DNA from: Lytechinus pictus | Lineage: Eukaryota | DNA length: 64,000 nt | Direction: 5' to 3' | Assembly: GCF_037042905.1 (NCBI RefSeq) | Contig: NC_087251.1 | Span: 23,438,001-23,502,000 of the forward strand | Shown here: one piece after another, positions 39,101 to 52,348 of the stretch | Numbering within the stretch: position 1 is the stretch's first letter | How the letters are laid out: each line of letters opens with the position of its first letter | Notes under the pieces: model-generated | Databases searched by the model: none | What the model saw: only the letters and a program-made list of their open reading frames with translations | Told to the model about the DNA's origin: nothing | Program-made: the position numbers and the translations under genes

Positions 39101-40667
39101 TTTTTTTTTCTTGTTCATCTGAATATTCTATTTTTTATGCACTAAGACATTTCTTAATTATGTAAACGTCCCTTGATGTTAGATTTTACATAATTCGTCC
39201 ATGAAAGAACACATAGCCATGGTTGAAAATGTTCCAATTGAACATAGAAACGGCGAGTGTGTTCCCACTGTGTCATATTATTCCAGTATACAGGAATGAC
39301 CTATATATTCTGCAATCATGATCGTTGAAGAAAATATACGTTCCTGTCGATCATATAAATGCTCAATTTTTAAAGAGAAGGTAGTTATATATTATTTTCT
39401 TATAAAAAAATGCATAAGGAATAATAATACAGCCTTTGCTGATTCCACCATCTTGCATGATAATGCCAATAACGAACGACATGAGACTTACCTGTAAAAT
39501 ATACATCAGAAAGCGACAAAATTTAAACAATGAATATCAAAATACATGAAAGGGAAGGGGAGACACTAGTGCGACAGGGGAGGGGTAGGGGTAGTGAGAC
39601 AGAGGAAGAGAGAGATAGAGATAGAGATAGAGAGAGGGTGAGGGAAGGGGAGAAAGTGAGAGAAAATGATGTCAGCAAGAAGGAAAATAGAGAGGTCATT
39701 TACCTTAGCTTGGATAATATCATTACGGTCAGAGGATAAACATCAACTAAATTTGAATGAGAATCCAGGCCATGTTAAAAACAACCTGACCTAATCTCCT
39801 CTCTAAACTCCTAACCCAGCTTCTATTCCGTAGCTGATTGGTTTCCCCTGTCTGTTAAACCTATCATCGTCTAACAGTATATTATTAATCATGAATGCAG
39901 ATGATATTCTCTTATTTTTCGTATTTCAAATGGAATTTCTTTGCATGGTTATGTATTCGTCACTCAACTCCAACCACCCTCCTTATAGAAGATCATGATA
40001 TGATAAGAAGGATCCTTAAAGCAACATTTTTGGAAGGGTGTTAATATTCCGATCGCCATGGTAACCATGTTGTTTGTGGTGCAGGGAGAGGGGGGGGGGA
40101 GATGAACAGAGGAACATGTAAAACATATTTATTAGGATGAGGAAGAGGATAATGGGATGGATAGAAAGTAGATTACAGCGCTTTTTATCCTCTGGAAAAG
40201 GCGCTATGTAAATCCAATTATTGTTATTATCATAATTATAAGAGAGAGTAAGCGATCGATGATGATCAGGAGTGCATTGATTTCGTACTGTCACACAACA
40301 AAGAGAACAAACTTGTTGATTTTCTTGTTATTGTTGTTGTTTTAGTTTGTGGATTTATTTAGATTGACAATAGTTACAAGTATTGATGAACTTTTGGGAA
40401 AGATAGGTTAATAACTGATTAAACTCACTACAGGCGCTGCTTATATTCACCGCCGACATAATAGTGGATTTATTTACACCTGTGTATTTGACAGCTAATG
40501 AGGAGAAAGCACCTAAAAAGCTTAGCCAATATACTAAGCCGTATTTCCATCGTTCATATCGTTTGGGGCATGGTAATCTCCTTCTTGAAAGACGAAGAAA
40601 ATAGAATACCACATCCCCTGTCAAGTTTCATATAAGCCCACCCCCCCCCCCCCCGACTTCATTTTCT

Positions 40668-40735
40668 AGATTTCGTTCAGCAAGAAATTTATTCACATTG
40701 TGCTGCACTCAACCCAGGTGACGTACATGAGTACT
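40668..40735 (+). mobile_element. SINE internal fragment
   Basis: TTCAGCAAGAAATTTATTCACATTGTGCTGCACTCAACCCAGGTGA matches the reverse complement of about 54370-54417. Confidence 0.75.
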
Positions 40736-41336
40736 AAGTTGTATGGAGCATCGTCCTTGAAACGATGAGTGCATACCCATATGTAAGCAAATATAATTGA
40801 TGTGATATAACATTTTGATTAATCGTAAAGAATCGAAAATGGGGAAGAATCTTAAATTAGTTGTTACAAAGACAATCTATAATTATTATTTTTTTTTATT
40901 ATTCCATTGCTATGTTTTATTTAAGTTTTCTTGATCCAATTTGGGATTTATCTCTAACTGCAAGCCAGTGAATTAGAGAGCAATGTATATTATGTACATC
41001 GCTGATGCGGTCAAGCCATGGTCATATTTGCCTTGTGAAAATATGATGTGTTCATTAATCTCATGTACATGATGGCGGCATTATATCAAACAGGGTTATG
41101 ATGTCATAATGGACATTCACTTAGAAAGCCTTACTTATAGGCTACATAAATGATTTTGGGTGGAATGCGTCTGTGATTATGCATAACTTCCAGGAATTTG
41201 ACCGGGTGTCTTCATTATGCAATATTTTATTTAATCTATTTTTTCGGTAAAGTACATCGGAGATGAAAGTAATTTTAAAGCATGATTTTTCCTTAAGATA
41301 AGCAAAGTAATTCCATGTAAACACTCAACACACACA

Positions 41337-41472
41337 CAGAGGCCGCGGAACGTTTTTAAAAGTGGGGGAGCAAGGTCATAATTTTCACGTTTTTGTACAT
41401 TTTTCTTTCTTTCTTGTTTACTGAAAACATGCGTGGGCTGAAGCCCCCTCACCCCCGGTTCAGCGGTGTTTG
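41337..41472 (+). mobile_element. Short hAT-like MITE (relative at 20174-20282)
   Basis: CAGAGGCCGCGGAAC ... GGTTCAGCGGTGTTTG termini; shares TAATTTT.ACGTTTTTGTA with about 20237-20255. Confidence 0.55.
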
Positions 41473-43569
41473 GCACACACATACACATGCTGGGGTTAAT
41501 AAATTAGATATTTTGACTGAATTAAAAACACTTATCATGAACTTTGTCCGTTGATAGATATTGGCATATTTTTGGGGTGTTAAATCTATTTCTGCGTTTA
41601 ATAAAATGACACAAAACAATATATTACAAGAACGCATAAACATAGCATAATTATGTAACAATTTCACAATTTTCATCCAGCTACAAGACAAATAAATTTG
41701 ATTTTTTGTTATATTCATTAAATAATTGATACACTAGTATTTTGTGAAGGCATGAGGCCGTCGTCATGAGCGGGTTGTTTGATACTGATGGTGGCCTCAT
41801 TTCCCTGAATCGCGACTCATCAATAAAAATATTAAAGTAAAATATACTGTACATCCTCGACAAAATACAAAGAACATGTGAAAACTGATTGACAATTTGA
41901 ATTAAATGTATTAGAAATACAATTCAAAATCTGAAACTATTTTGGGCGATATTGGTAAATTATGAGATTTCATCAAATATGAATATGGTATACATTCATA
42001 CAAATATAAGGAGGTGTTCTTTTTGATTTCTCACTTAAAATGATTATTGTTTATTATTAAGAATGCGTCAGATTCAAATTTATTTTAGAACACTCTTCCT
42101 TAAATGTCACACTATGGCAGTGTAATTTGTTTATATCAGATAGTTTCAATATGCTTCACATAATGTGCGTGCATGCGTGAGAGGAGCCTTGATTTTGAGC
42201 GAGGGAAGAGAGAGAACTCAACTTTGAACATATCCTTTGACTTAAATATTGAATGTGGAAAATGAACTATGTTTGCAAGTGTGGGCTCATATAAAATTAA
42301 ATTGCATTTTATAAGACTTCAATGTTCTTCCACGCTGTCTCCACATTCCATTTTATTGTATATATATTTATACCTTGTAATTGTTTTTAATTTTGAATGA
42401 AATAAATTGAAATTGAAATTGAAACGCTAAGAGAATTCTATGGATACAAAACACATACAACCTTAATTTTGGCGGGGATGGGAATTATCAAATTATGTAA
42501 ACAAAATGGCTTTCATTAAAATTACTACCATTCCCACACCTATCACGCACTTTCCTCATGCATTCTCCAAGAATATACTCATTATCTAATTGAAATATCT
42601 CCTCTTTCAGATATGCAAGAGTTGCTGGATATATCAAGCGGTGTTGTTAAACAGATTGAATTCACGGTAATTTCTCCTAATATCCATGGTAAAGATTGTT
42701 AAAATAAGAAGGGTAATCAATGAACTTGACGTTGGTGGTAACACCACTCGAGAACAAACCCACAAAAGCATTGAATGAGACCAATAAGGTCTAAAAGGTA
42801 ATCAGTCGGTATTTAGTTGTCCGTTCGATCTTAATATGGTCGGCCGGCCAAGCGGTTTACAAATCAACCTACATATATATTTTTTTTTGAAAAAGGGAAC
42901 AAAATAAAAGCGGAGTTCTACGAATATTACGCATATAAACACGCCTGCTCTATTTCAGATTGAAATGAATTGTTGATGATACCAAGGACGTAATTTACTC
43001 CATGTTAATTGACTATCCTGTTACGTTATATATCGATCATCATGATCGTAGCCCATGCATGCAAGATTATGTTGTGTGAGCAAACCCAAATATCAAAATT
43101 ATTGAGCGTATACAAAGTGATCCCATTAGTTAGGTTTGATAGAAATCAACCGAAAGTTGTGAATTTTCATCAGCTATGAATAAAAGACGGAGTAGAGGGT
43201 TATCCTTTGTTCATCATGTTCATGGGGGCATCTATTGTAGCACCCCCCCAAAAAAAAAAGATAATCCTCTGCTCCGCCACACATGAACAATCATTAGGCT
43301 AAATAAAATCATCAAATCGGATGTAAACTAATAATTTTATATTAACTTTCACAAAATATTGGTTTGGTTTGCTTGTTTCAACAAATAATCCCAGCCTTAT
43401 AGATTGGGATCGAATTGAATCGAATTTGTTTTATAATTTCACTGATATACTTTAATTGTTATCACTGTTATCCCACGCAAACTATATCCCTCAAAGCAGT
43501 CAATGATGTAGAAACCTGCATGATAATCATGATAATTCTTACCCCTCCCAATATATTCATTATCTACAT

Positions 43570-43707
43570 GAGATCGTTTCATCAACATTTTTTTTGTCTG
43601 ACAAGATGCCAGATCTTAACACTTTCCTCAATTTTGATTGGCTGAGAAGCACAAATCAAATGGTAATTGTGGGATAAAATCCGACAAGTCCATTTATGAA
43701 ATACTCC
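43570..43707 (-). mobile_element. Short MITE (intact relative of 18326-18685)
   Basis: GAGATCGTTTCAT ... ATGAAATACTCC ends; internal TTGATTGGCTGAGAAGCAC. Confidence 0.65.
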
Positions 43708-44328
43708 GCAAGTAGGCCTATCCTTAATACATTGTTTTTCTAGGTTAATGGATGAAATATAAACAACTATTTGGTATACGTTCGTCGAGGGTAAAGCTCG
43801 GTAACATTATCTAGGATATTATCAAAAGCTTGACTTAATGAATTAGTTTTCGCCCTCCCAGTGTTTTCGTTATCCTCTCCGCTTTCTGTTTCGTTTGTTT
43901 TGTTTCTGTTTATGGGGTAGGACAATTTCATCATAATTACGATGAATTAACTCCACACTCCCGCCCCAGTTCTCTTCCAGTATCTAACATCTTCTATTTG
44001 TTGAGATTGCCTTTGAACTACTGCCGCCATTTGTTTCAACGTGTTCTTCATAACCCGAAAAGTACAATGGCGCTCCAGATAATACTTTCTCCGTTTCACT
44101 TTACACGATTAAAAATGGATCGGAAAGAGAAACAATGAAATAGAATACGTGAACTTGAACAGAATAAAAGTGTCATATCAGGAAAATTAAATCTGATATT
44201 TTATTCAAGCTTGCGCTTTATATCGCAGTTTCAGTGTCGTATTCCCGTAGAGATAAATGATTAGTGGTTCGTATTTAAAAGTAGTTCAGATGTGCCACGG
44301 CTGTGAGAGATGAAATGATGATACAGTA

Positions 44329-44372
44329 ATAATAATAATGATAAATAATAATAATAATAATAATCACAACAC

Positions 44373-44412
<40 letters not shown>
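44329..44412 (+). repeat. (AAT)n microsatellite
   Basis: Seen directly. Confidence 0.95.
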
Positions 44413-44413
<1 letters not shown>

Positions 44414-45844
44414 TCTGAACAATGCGTCATGTCTGCCACAATGAAACAGTTGGCGCAGTTATCATTGAGAGGCCATATTTCTTTCATACATGTATTGAAA
44501 AGTTTTCAGAGAAACTTTGTGTCTTGCATTCAGAAAGTAATTACGACTTTATAAAAAAATGTATCAATGTAATTTTGGCCACTGACAACATGGTATTGCC
44601 ATACAGACAACGAACTGGAAATTAATTAGGAATCAAACCCTTTGTAATACCTGATCTTTAGGCATTACTTAAAAATAAAATGATTATGTCATATGATTTC
44701 ATTTACAACCACCTTTAAAATTTCCTGATGCAGAAATGAAAGAAAAGACATTTGCGGGGGTATTATCAAAACATTAATGACTTTTTTTTTCGTGGGCGCT
44801 AAAATGACTTGAATCATCATTGTGGTAATTGCAAAATGATGAATAGAATGTCAGATTCAATAAAATAAATCAAATAATTTACTAACCTTTGACATCATTA
44901 AAAAGAGAATACCCATTTTCACTTGGTCTGTATAATGTATACTGAAAATGTGCTGATTGAAAACAATATCAGTACCTCGTAAATGATGCCGAAAATTATT
45001 CACTCCAATTTTGTTAATATTGGAAGTGAAAGAAGGTGGGCAATGGATGGAATACACTAATTACAATTATTACCCTCTCCCTATCTTTCTCTCTCTCTGT
45101 CTTTCTCTCTCACACACACACACCCTTGCACACCCACACTATCTCCCTCCTCTTTCTTCTCTCTCTCTCTCTCTCTCTCGCTATATACATATACTGGGCA
45201 TATACACATACATATGTATATATATTTATATATACGTTCTTCTATATAGGAACTTACAGCCTACCTATCCACAACTGCTTGAATCTTCAATTTAAAAATA
45301 ACAATTAAATCTTTATACATGTATCTCCTTTTCTACAAACTTATAACTTGATATTTTCGCGATCCATCCAACTTCCCTTTGCCCCTTTTAGCTCGGCTCT
45401 TTTAACCAAAACGTCTCATAAAAAAATTGTCACGAACCGACTATAGATTCATCAGTGTAACGATCAAGCGTGAAGTAGAATGGCGAGGACTGCCTCGTTA
45501 CATCAGAATGATCATTTTTGCATTTAGATTATTACAATTCTCATAAGCACTAAACGCATCAGGGGAAAAATTACTACCAATGCGCAGCAGAAGCTGCATG
45601 GGTGGTGATTGGATGGAGTCTCTGGGTGGTTATGCGACATGTCGTGTACTCATGGAGTTATGGGTGATGCTTTTTACTTATTTACTTTCTGCCGATTTTA
45701 TTGCTACAACCCCCTTTCACACCCCCCCCCTCTCTCTCTCTCCCTTTCTCTGATTTCTGACTTCTCAACTTCGTTCATGTAAATTAGTGGACGATATGGC
45801 CTTTCAGTTTGCATAGGAAAGGCTTTTTTTTATAAGACCGAAAG

Positions 45845-46575
45845 GAAGGGCGGCGGAGCGAAGTTGAAAGGGGGCACATGGATAAGAGGGCACCTCTTCT
45901 TTCGAAAAGGGCACTATCTTAAAACAAAGAAAAAATTACTTATCTACAGTGGTGAAATGCGCCAAACATTTTGAGAGGGCTAGATAATGTCGTATCACGT
46001 AAAATTTATAAGTTGCGAGCGAGCAAAAATTTTGATATTTTTTCAAATGAAAATCCAATTTTGTGATAGATTTTGACATAATATTGAGAAAATAATATCA
46101 TATTTTACCCTTCTCTCTCTCCTTTTCTTTCCTTTTCTTTCTTGGTCGTTAAAAAAAGCCCCCAATCTCTACGCCACTGCTTATCTACCCTACTCACATA
46201 TGACTCATTAATAAGGTGCGGTGGATTATTCTTACAAGTTTTTTTTCTTTCAATAAGTAGAAACATCTAAAATTGAGAATATTGTTTTCTTGTTTTAAAG
46301 GGCACTCGTTAACACATAAAACAGGCCCTTCTTAAAGATGAAAGGGGCACAGGACACGTTCGAGAGGGGGCATTTTGGGGTAAGAATTAGCACTTATACG
46401 AGAAAGGGCACTTCGTAACACCTAAAACGAGTCCTCAGGTGAAAGGGGCGCAGTACACGTTCGTGAGAGGGACATTTTTCTTGCGTAAAAAGGCACATTT
46501 TCAGTGCTTCTAAGAGTGGGGGGGGGGGGGCACTGTGCCCCCCCCCCCCCGGCTCGCCCAGGATCGCCGCCCCTG
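45845..46575. mobile_element. hAT-like MITE with 8-bp target-site duplication ACCGAAAG
   Basis: ACCGAAAG at 45837-45844 and 46576-46583; termini GAAGGGCGGCGGA / ATCGCCGCCCCTG; internal AAAGGGCAC repeats. Confidence 0.85.
45947..46179. mobile_element. Nested hAT-like MITE with 8-bp target-site duplication CTTATCTA
   Basis: CTTATCTA at 45939-45946 and 46180-46187; termini CAGTGG / CCACTG. Confidence 0.85.
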
Positions 46576-46753
46576 ACCGAAAGAATTTAAATTGACAGAG
46601 AATTTAAAAATCTGACGGAGTAGCAGAAGCCTTTTATTTTGAATGCATATTACTGTAGATATCAATATTGTCATTAATATAAATAAATTTATTGTATAAG
46701 AATCGTACTTGAAATTGCAATGAAAATGTTCTGATCATCGTATCACAATTATA

Positions 46754-47182
46754 CAGTGCGTATCAAAAAATGTTACACTTACAAAAAATCCTATAAAATT
46801 ATACATTTGTAATATCATAATGATTTATCCACATTTTAACATTGGTACAGATCCATTTAAGCAAATGACGATACAACTGTCGAAAAATATTTCCGCTTGA
46901 GCGAGCACCACTTACTTTTGAAAATGTTTCGCAGGGTAAGTTTGATTTCGCCCTTTCCCCTTGACACAGCGTGAAAACAAGCATTTCTGTGCAAACAGAT
47001 ATCCGCAAGTTTTACAAAAATGGACAGTGCTCACTCAAGTGTAATATTCTGTCATAACTTTTACTTTCATTGGATAGATGAGACCCAAACCCAAGAATAT
47101 ATGTGAAAAAAATACCCACATGTTGTATATGTTTTAATTCCTAGGGCTTTTTCAAAGTGTAAACTTTTTTTGATACGCACTG
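46754..47182 (+). mobile_element. Complete Tc1/mariner-like MITE, TA target duplication
   Basis: TA|CAGTGCGTATCAAAAAATGTTACACTT ... AAGTGTAAACTTTTTTTGATACGCACTG|TA. Confidence 0.9.
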
Positions 47183-48764
47183 TAGATCATTTCCATAGAA
47201 ACGTCGAGCAAAGCCTTCGCATCTCGTCACTCTATCTGAAAATCTGTTCGCATCCCTACCATCCCTGCTATTTTACGGAAACCCCAAATCTGAATTTATG
47301 ACTAGAAAATGACCTACATATTCAATTTTATTAATAAGCTGCAAAGAAAAATATTTGGATTTAAAAGGAGAAGCAGCCTTTTTTTATTTGCCGGCGTCGT
47401 GTAAGCATGGTGGTAGTTTGCTAAGCCACGTTCTAGATATAAAGATCAGATAATGCAAGGGAATAATAAGTTAATAATTAGAAGACGAAAAATATAATAT
47501 ATTTTTAGGAGAGGAGGATGTGGAGTGGATAGGTAGTCACGTAACGAAGATAACAGGGTATTATAAGCGTCTACTCACTCAAGGCGTGGTCCGGGGGACT
47601 GTCTTGCTCCATTAAAACAAATTCCCAGACGGGTTAAGACCCCAGACAGTCTTACGCATATCACTGCAAGAAAAACCCGGTTGATAGGGAAACGCAAGAG
47701 ATATATCAAGATTCACTAAATTGGATAGCCTATTTGCCCCGGTTACTAAAACGTGAAGACATCGGTGAATGTATAGAGCATTATCACCAGTTAGTCATGG
47801 CTGTATTACGGGCTTCTGCGGTCATAGTAAGAGTGGTAAGGTGTAAGGCAAGGGAATTAAATCATCGTCATGAAGCAATTCATCAAACAACAAAGTCAAT
47901 GTAGAAGGGTCACCAAGAGGGCAGACAATAGGACAGTTGAGTTCAACCCTTTATTAAATCTCATCACTTTCATTCTTTTAGAGAATTCGATTAACACACA
48001 CACACACACAACCATCAACATATATTTTGTTTGCACAATTCTCATGGGGTTTAGTGAGGGTATCATTGAGAGTGCTACCCCTAATTAGTAAAAAAAAAAT
48101 GTTTTTTAGCACAACTCCCCCAATAAAAAAAACACGTTATTCTACACATTGATCAATATTACTAAGATGACAAGAATAGAACAAAAATCAAGTGTATGTA
48201 ATATGATATGGTGGAAAGTGGAATTGTTATTAAAAATCCTTTCGCCGATTAAATCTTTCGTGCACTTAAAATCTCATAAGGTCTGTATCAACAATTGTTC
48301 GAAAAAAGATTTTCTATCCTCTTTTTTTTGTTACAAACTCCTCAAGCATCAACTGCGAAATATTGGTCTTGTAATTCACTTCATTTAATTAATTAGTTAT
48401 TCCGATTCATGAAGACTATGGTATTTTATCATACTCCTCTGTATATTTAGATTGACACGTAGGGGTTTTTTTTATTCAACCGAGAAATGAAATTTGATTT
48501 CTGATAAAAGTATCCTGTCGGTGTGTTATACCATGGACCTACCAAACAACGATTTTAAAGCGAAGACCGAAGAACATACATCGACTGTAAAAGACGGAGA
48601 TTGGGGGCGCACTTCCCTGAGCCACCCTAGAGCCAACATGGGTGGAGTACAGCCGGTCATTTGGTCTCATGCCTATTTATTTCATGTCTTTCTTCTGATC
48701 TTTCAGGTATTCCATTCACCCTCTCTATTCTTGCAACTCTCAAAAGATGATTTGACCATCGATA

Positions 48765-48784
48765 TCAACACCATCACCACCTCC

Positions 48785-48817
<33 letters not shown>

Positions 48818-48830
48818 TTATTCATCATGA

Positions 48831-48862
<32 letters not shown>

Positions 48863-49510
48863 TCTTATTCATCATGACACCACCATCATCATCATCACCA
48901 TCACCATCATCACCATCATCACCATCATCATCACCATCACCATCATCACCATCATCATCACCATCACCATCATCACCATCATCATCACCATCACCATCAT
49001 CATCATCTTATTCATGACACCACCATCATCACCACCGCCACTTTTTCTATCATCGGCATCATGGTTATAATCATCAGCATCACCACTATTTCTACGATTA
49101 TCAGCGACAAAATCAAATCCTTTAATAATCACCATCACAGAATATGAAAACAATACCACTATCATGATCCTCATCAACAATCCTTATCATCAGAATCATA
49201 TCATAACATCTATCATCATTCTCATCAATATGATAATGATAAGGATAATGATAATGAAATGACGATTCGGTCTTAATTTGTCTCTCTCTTTTAATAACAA
49301 TTGCCATCACATTTAAATGTTGCATCATTATCCTCGTCATCATCATTATCATCGTCATCACCATCATCATCATCATCGTCGTCGTCGTCGTTATCATCAC
49401 CATCACCTTTATCATCATCATGAACATCATATCATTATCACCATCACCATCCTCACCATCATCACCATCGTTATTATCATCATCCTCTTTATCATCACTA
49501 TCATGAACAT
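48765..49510 (+). repeat. Compound (CAT/CAC)n low-complexity tract
   Basis: Seen directly; source of the Met/Val- and His-rich ORFs at 48872-49562. Confidence 0.95.
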
Positions 49511-50569
49511 CAACATCACTGTGGCTGTGATCATTGACAACGCTGTCAGAATTAAATTCTAAGAAAAATCATCAAATCGATCACAGGGAAACAAGGAGAA
49601 TAAATAATAACATGGAAAAGACAAATAAATAATTCGTCAGTATTATTTTAATACGCGAACATGAATATCATATTGCCATCGTACAACGACGTAAATATAT
49701 ACAGACACACGATAATCAGTTTCACTATCTCGTGCAAAATATTTTACCATAAATATAACAATACATAGCATGGTGTACACTTGTGGTCAGAAGGAAATTG
49801 TTAGATATTGCAACTGTATCGGGGATGTGTAAGGCCTATTTACTAATCGGGACAAAAACCATGATGCACTGAGATAACAATAATGACAAAATGTACTAAT
49901 TGTTCTGGAATTTTCTTTCTGAAACTCTGAACGTTAACGTATTGCAATTATGACATAATCATGATAACAACACAAGGAAACACTGTGAACGTGATTAGAA
50001 TAAATCACCCACAAAAATCTCAAACATCATTTTGCAAAGATCAAGCTTAAAGCTCATATTAAGTATTTAAAATAATTGATTCATCCGCCGACCATTCTTG
50101 GAAATTAATTGATGTCCATAACTTTCTGCAGAAAAAAGTGCAAGAATAGGCGGGAGATAACCTAAAAAAAAAATGACGGATCTGGATTTACGTAGATGTG
50201 AAAAGTGATTTTCATTGACATGTGAAATCATCATCACGTATACCATCAAGATAACATAAATTTAAGCCATGACTAGTGAATTGGTTTATTCACCACATTG
50301 TAGGATTAAACATCCAAGAATGTTTGTCTCTCTATCTCGTTTTTTTTAGTCTTTATTTTTCAAACCTTTACATAATGTATAATCAGGAGACAGTGAAATT
50401 AATTACAAAATCAAATAGCACTACATTCTTACAACATAATCAACAATATTTGAATAATTACTAAGATTTTTATACTATTTTCACTTGAGTAGAAAGTGTG
50501 GAATTTGGTTTAAAAAATATCATGAAACAGAAAATAATTACGCGGTGCAAAATTAAGGGTGGTTGATAT

Positions 50570-50610
50570 TAAAACCAACACCAATAACACATTTAGAATC
50601 AAACTTTATT
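50570..50610 (-). terminator. Putative polyadenylation signal of the bZIP gene
   Basis: Minus-strand AATAAA (50605-50610) followed by a GU-rich downstream element TGTGTTATTGGTGTTGGTTTT; implies a 3' UTR of about 1 kb. Confidence 0.55.
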
Positions 50611-50687
50611 GAATCATCCAGAAAATTCCCTTGTAAATGTAAACGTGTATTAAGATAGTAATAGATTCCGGTCGGTTTGACAAAACT

Positions 50688-50845
50688 GGACTCTGTAACA
50701 ATATGGTTAGCGATTAATCGCTAATTTGAAAGAACAATTCTGATTGGTTCCTGGTCAGTCTACTGAACAAAATGTGGCATGCGGTAATGATCTTGATAGG
50801 CTATTTCATTTAGCGATTAATCGCTAACCTTTGTGTCACAGGTCC
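50688..50845. mobile_element. MITE with ~43-bp terminal inverted repeats inside the predicted 3' UTR
   Basis: GGACTCTGTAACAATATGGTTAGCGATTAATCGCTAATTTGAAA / TTTCATTTAGCGATTAATCGCTAACCTTTGTGTCACAGGTCC. Confidence 0.8.
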
Positions 50846-51607
50846 TGATTATTTTCTTCCCTGAGTACGAAACATTAGACAGGATCGCATATGATATATA
50901 ATAGCATCCTATTCATAGAGGTAAATCCAAATTTTGCGTCAAATTGTAGGTTTTCGGAAAGTAGGTATATGAGTAAATAATATTAGCACAAACAGTACTG
51001 ACCCTGTCTAGGAAAGAAAGGCTTGATATTCTTAAATAATATTTTTTTTACTACTGAGTATCAATATCCTTTCAAGCTTACACAGCAAGCAAAGGGCAAC
51101 GGTTAAGAATACTACATCTTTAATTTAAAAGAGAACAAATACTTTTAACTATCATTAAGTAATACATGTGAAATTAGACTGATTCTGATTTGTCTCAACA
51201 GGATTACCTCCCAGACTGACAAAAATCGTAGTTACAATCAAAAGCGTAGAGCTAGAATGGAATTGTATCTGAAAGAAATATCGTAACATTTTGTATTGTC
51301 CTCCCATTGTGTGAAGTTAACTGAGGAATGAACATTAAATAATAAAAATGGCAAGCCGGTGGAAAACCCAGATTCGTTATTTCAGCGGAAAATACGACGG
51401 ACAAGTACTTAAATAGAGTCTCTCAGAGACAGTTTAATACTCAGCATTCACTTAGCATTGTCAACATTTCGACAACAGGCAGCATTATTTTTTTTCTCTC
51501 GATTCATTCGGTGTTTGCTTTAATTGATTGAATCTTTCTGTACATGTATCAACTTGTAAGCAACAACCAGCTTGTTCGGTAGTCTCTAGTCCTTGATAAA
51601 TACATCA

Positions 51608-52330
51608 TTAGCAGTTGTAAACCATGTAATGCAACCTTGCAAGTTCACTTTTAAGAATAGACACTTCAGCTCGGAGTTTCATGTTGTCCTGTTCAAGATA
51701 AACTGCTCTGATTGCAATTTCTTCTTCCTTCATTCTCCTTGCATCTCGTGATCTCTTCGCTGCATCATTGTTCTTCCTCCTTCTCTCCCAGTAAGCAATA
51801 TCTTTCTTTTCATCCGGCACTGGTTTGACCTTCTTTCTTGAAGGCTCCTCGGGCTTTACATCAACGGCGGTAGCAGCTCGACGTCGACGAGAGGCGAGCA
51901 GGGCTGAAAGTCGCAGACTGGAAAGCGACTGCGATGTAGCACCAGAGTTCTCGGCGACGGGGTAGTTGATGAGGGCAGGATAACCGGCGTACGATGCCAC
52001 GGCAGACGCAGCCAATGTCGGCTCGCTGTAGGAGTATCCCGAGACGGCTGCGGCAGCGGCGGCGGGTAGCATCGCAGAGTATGGATAAACGCCCTTCAAC
52101 TGAGATGCACTCACGATGGCAGAGTAGGTGAGATCGAGAGGCTTGCCTCCCGACTCGGGCTGGCTAACATCGCTTGACGTCGCACTCTTTGGACGAGATG
52201 GGCCAACCATATTTGATACATCTAAAGCTGATTTCTTCATCTTCTCATGCTTAATTGGAGTAATGACTTCAAATGAGTCGGATTTATCTGGTTTTGTCAT
52301 TTTAACCTCAATCACCTCCTTAGATTCCAT
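51608..52330 (-). CDS. gt: PAR-family bZIP transcription factor, giant/CES-2-like (240 aa, single coding exon)
   Basis: C-terminal basic region and zipper KDIAYWERRRKNNDAAKRSRDARRMKEEEIAIRAVYLEQDNMKLRAEVSILKSELARL are typical of the PAR/giant bZIP group. The AYWERRRKNN..EEEIAIRA signature and the short C-terminus resemble giant/CES-2-type proteins more than HLF/TEF/DBP. Also a PLDLT CtBP-type motif (52127-52141) and a poly-Ala tract. Family is secure; exact orthology is less so. Confidence 0.9.
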   Translation of the reverse strand: MESKEVIEVKMTKPDKSDSFEVITPIKHEKMKKSALDVSNMVGPSRPKSATSSDVSQPESGGKPLDLTYSAIVSASQLKGVYPYSAMLPAAAAAAVSGYSYSEPTLAASAVASYAGYPALINYPVAENSGATSQSLSSLRLSALLASRRRRAATAVDVKPEEPSRKKVKPVPDEKKDIAYWERRRKNNDAAKRSRDARRMKEEEIAIRAVYLEQDNMKLRAEVSILKSELARLHYMVYNC

Positions 52331-52348
52331 TACTTCTTGGACACGTTT

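Noticed and set aside
41752..41800. 15-bp hairpin with G-U pairs as a possible miRNA or structured RNA
   Set aside because: Stem too short for a pre-miRNA; most mismatches fit CpG decay of a DNA inverted repeat.
48494..49562. His-, Met- and Ile-rich ORFs resembling metal-binding or membrane proteins
   Set aside because: Products of the (CAT/CAC)n tract, which lacks stops in several frames.
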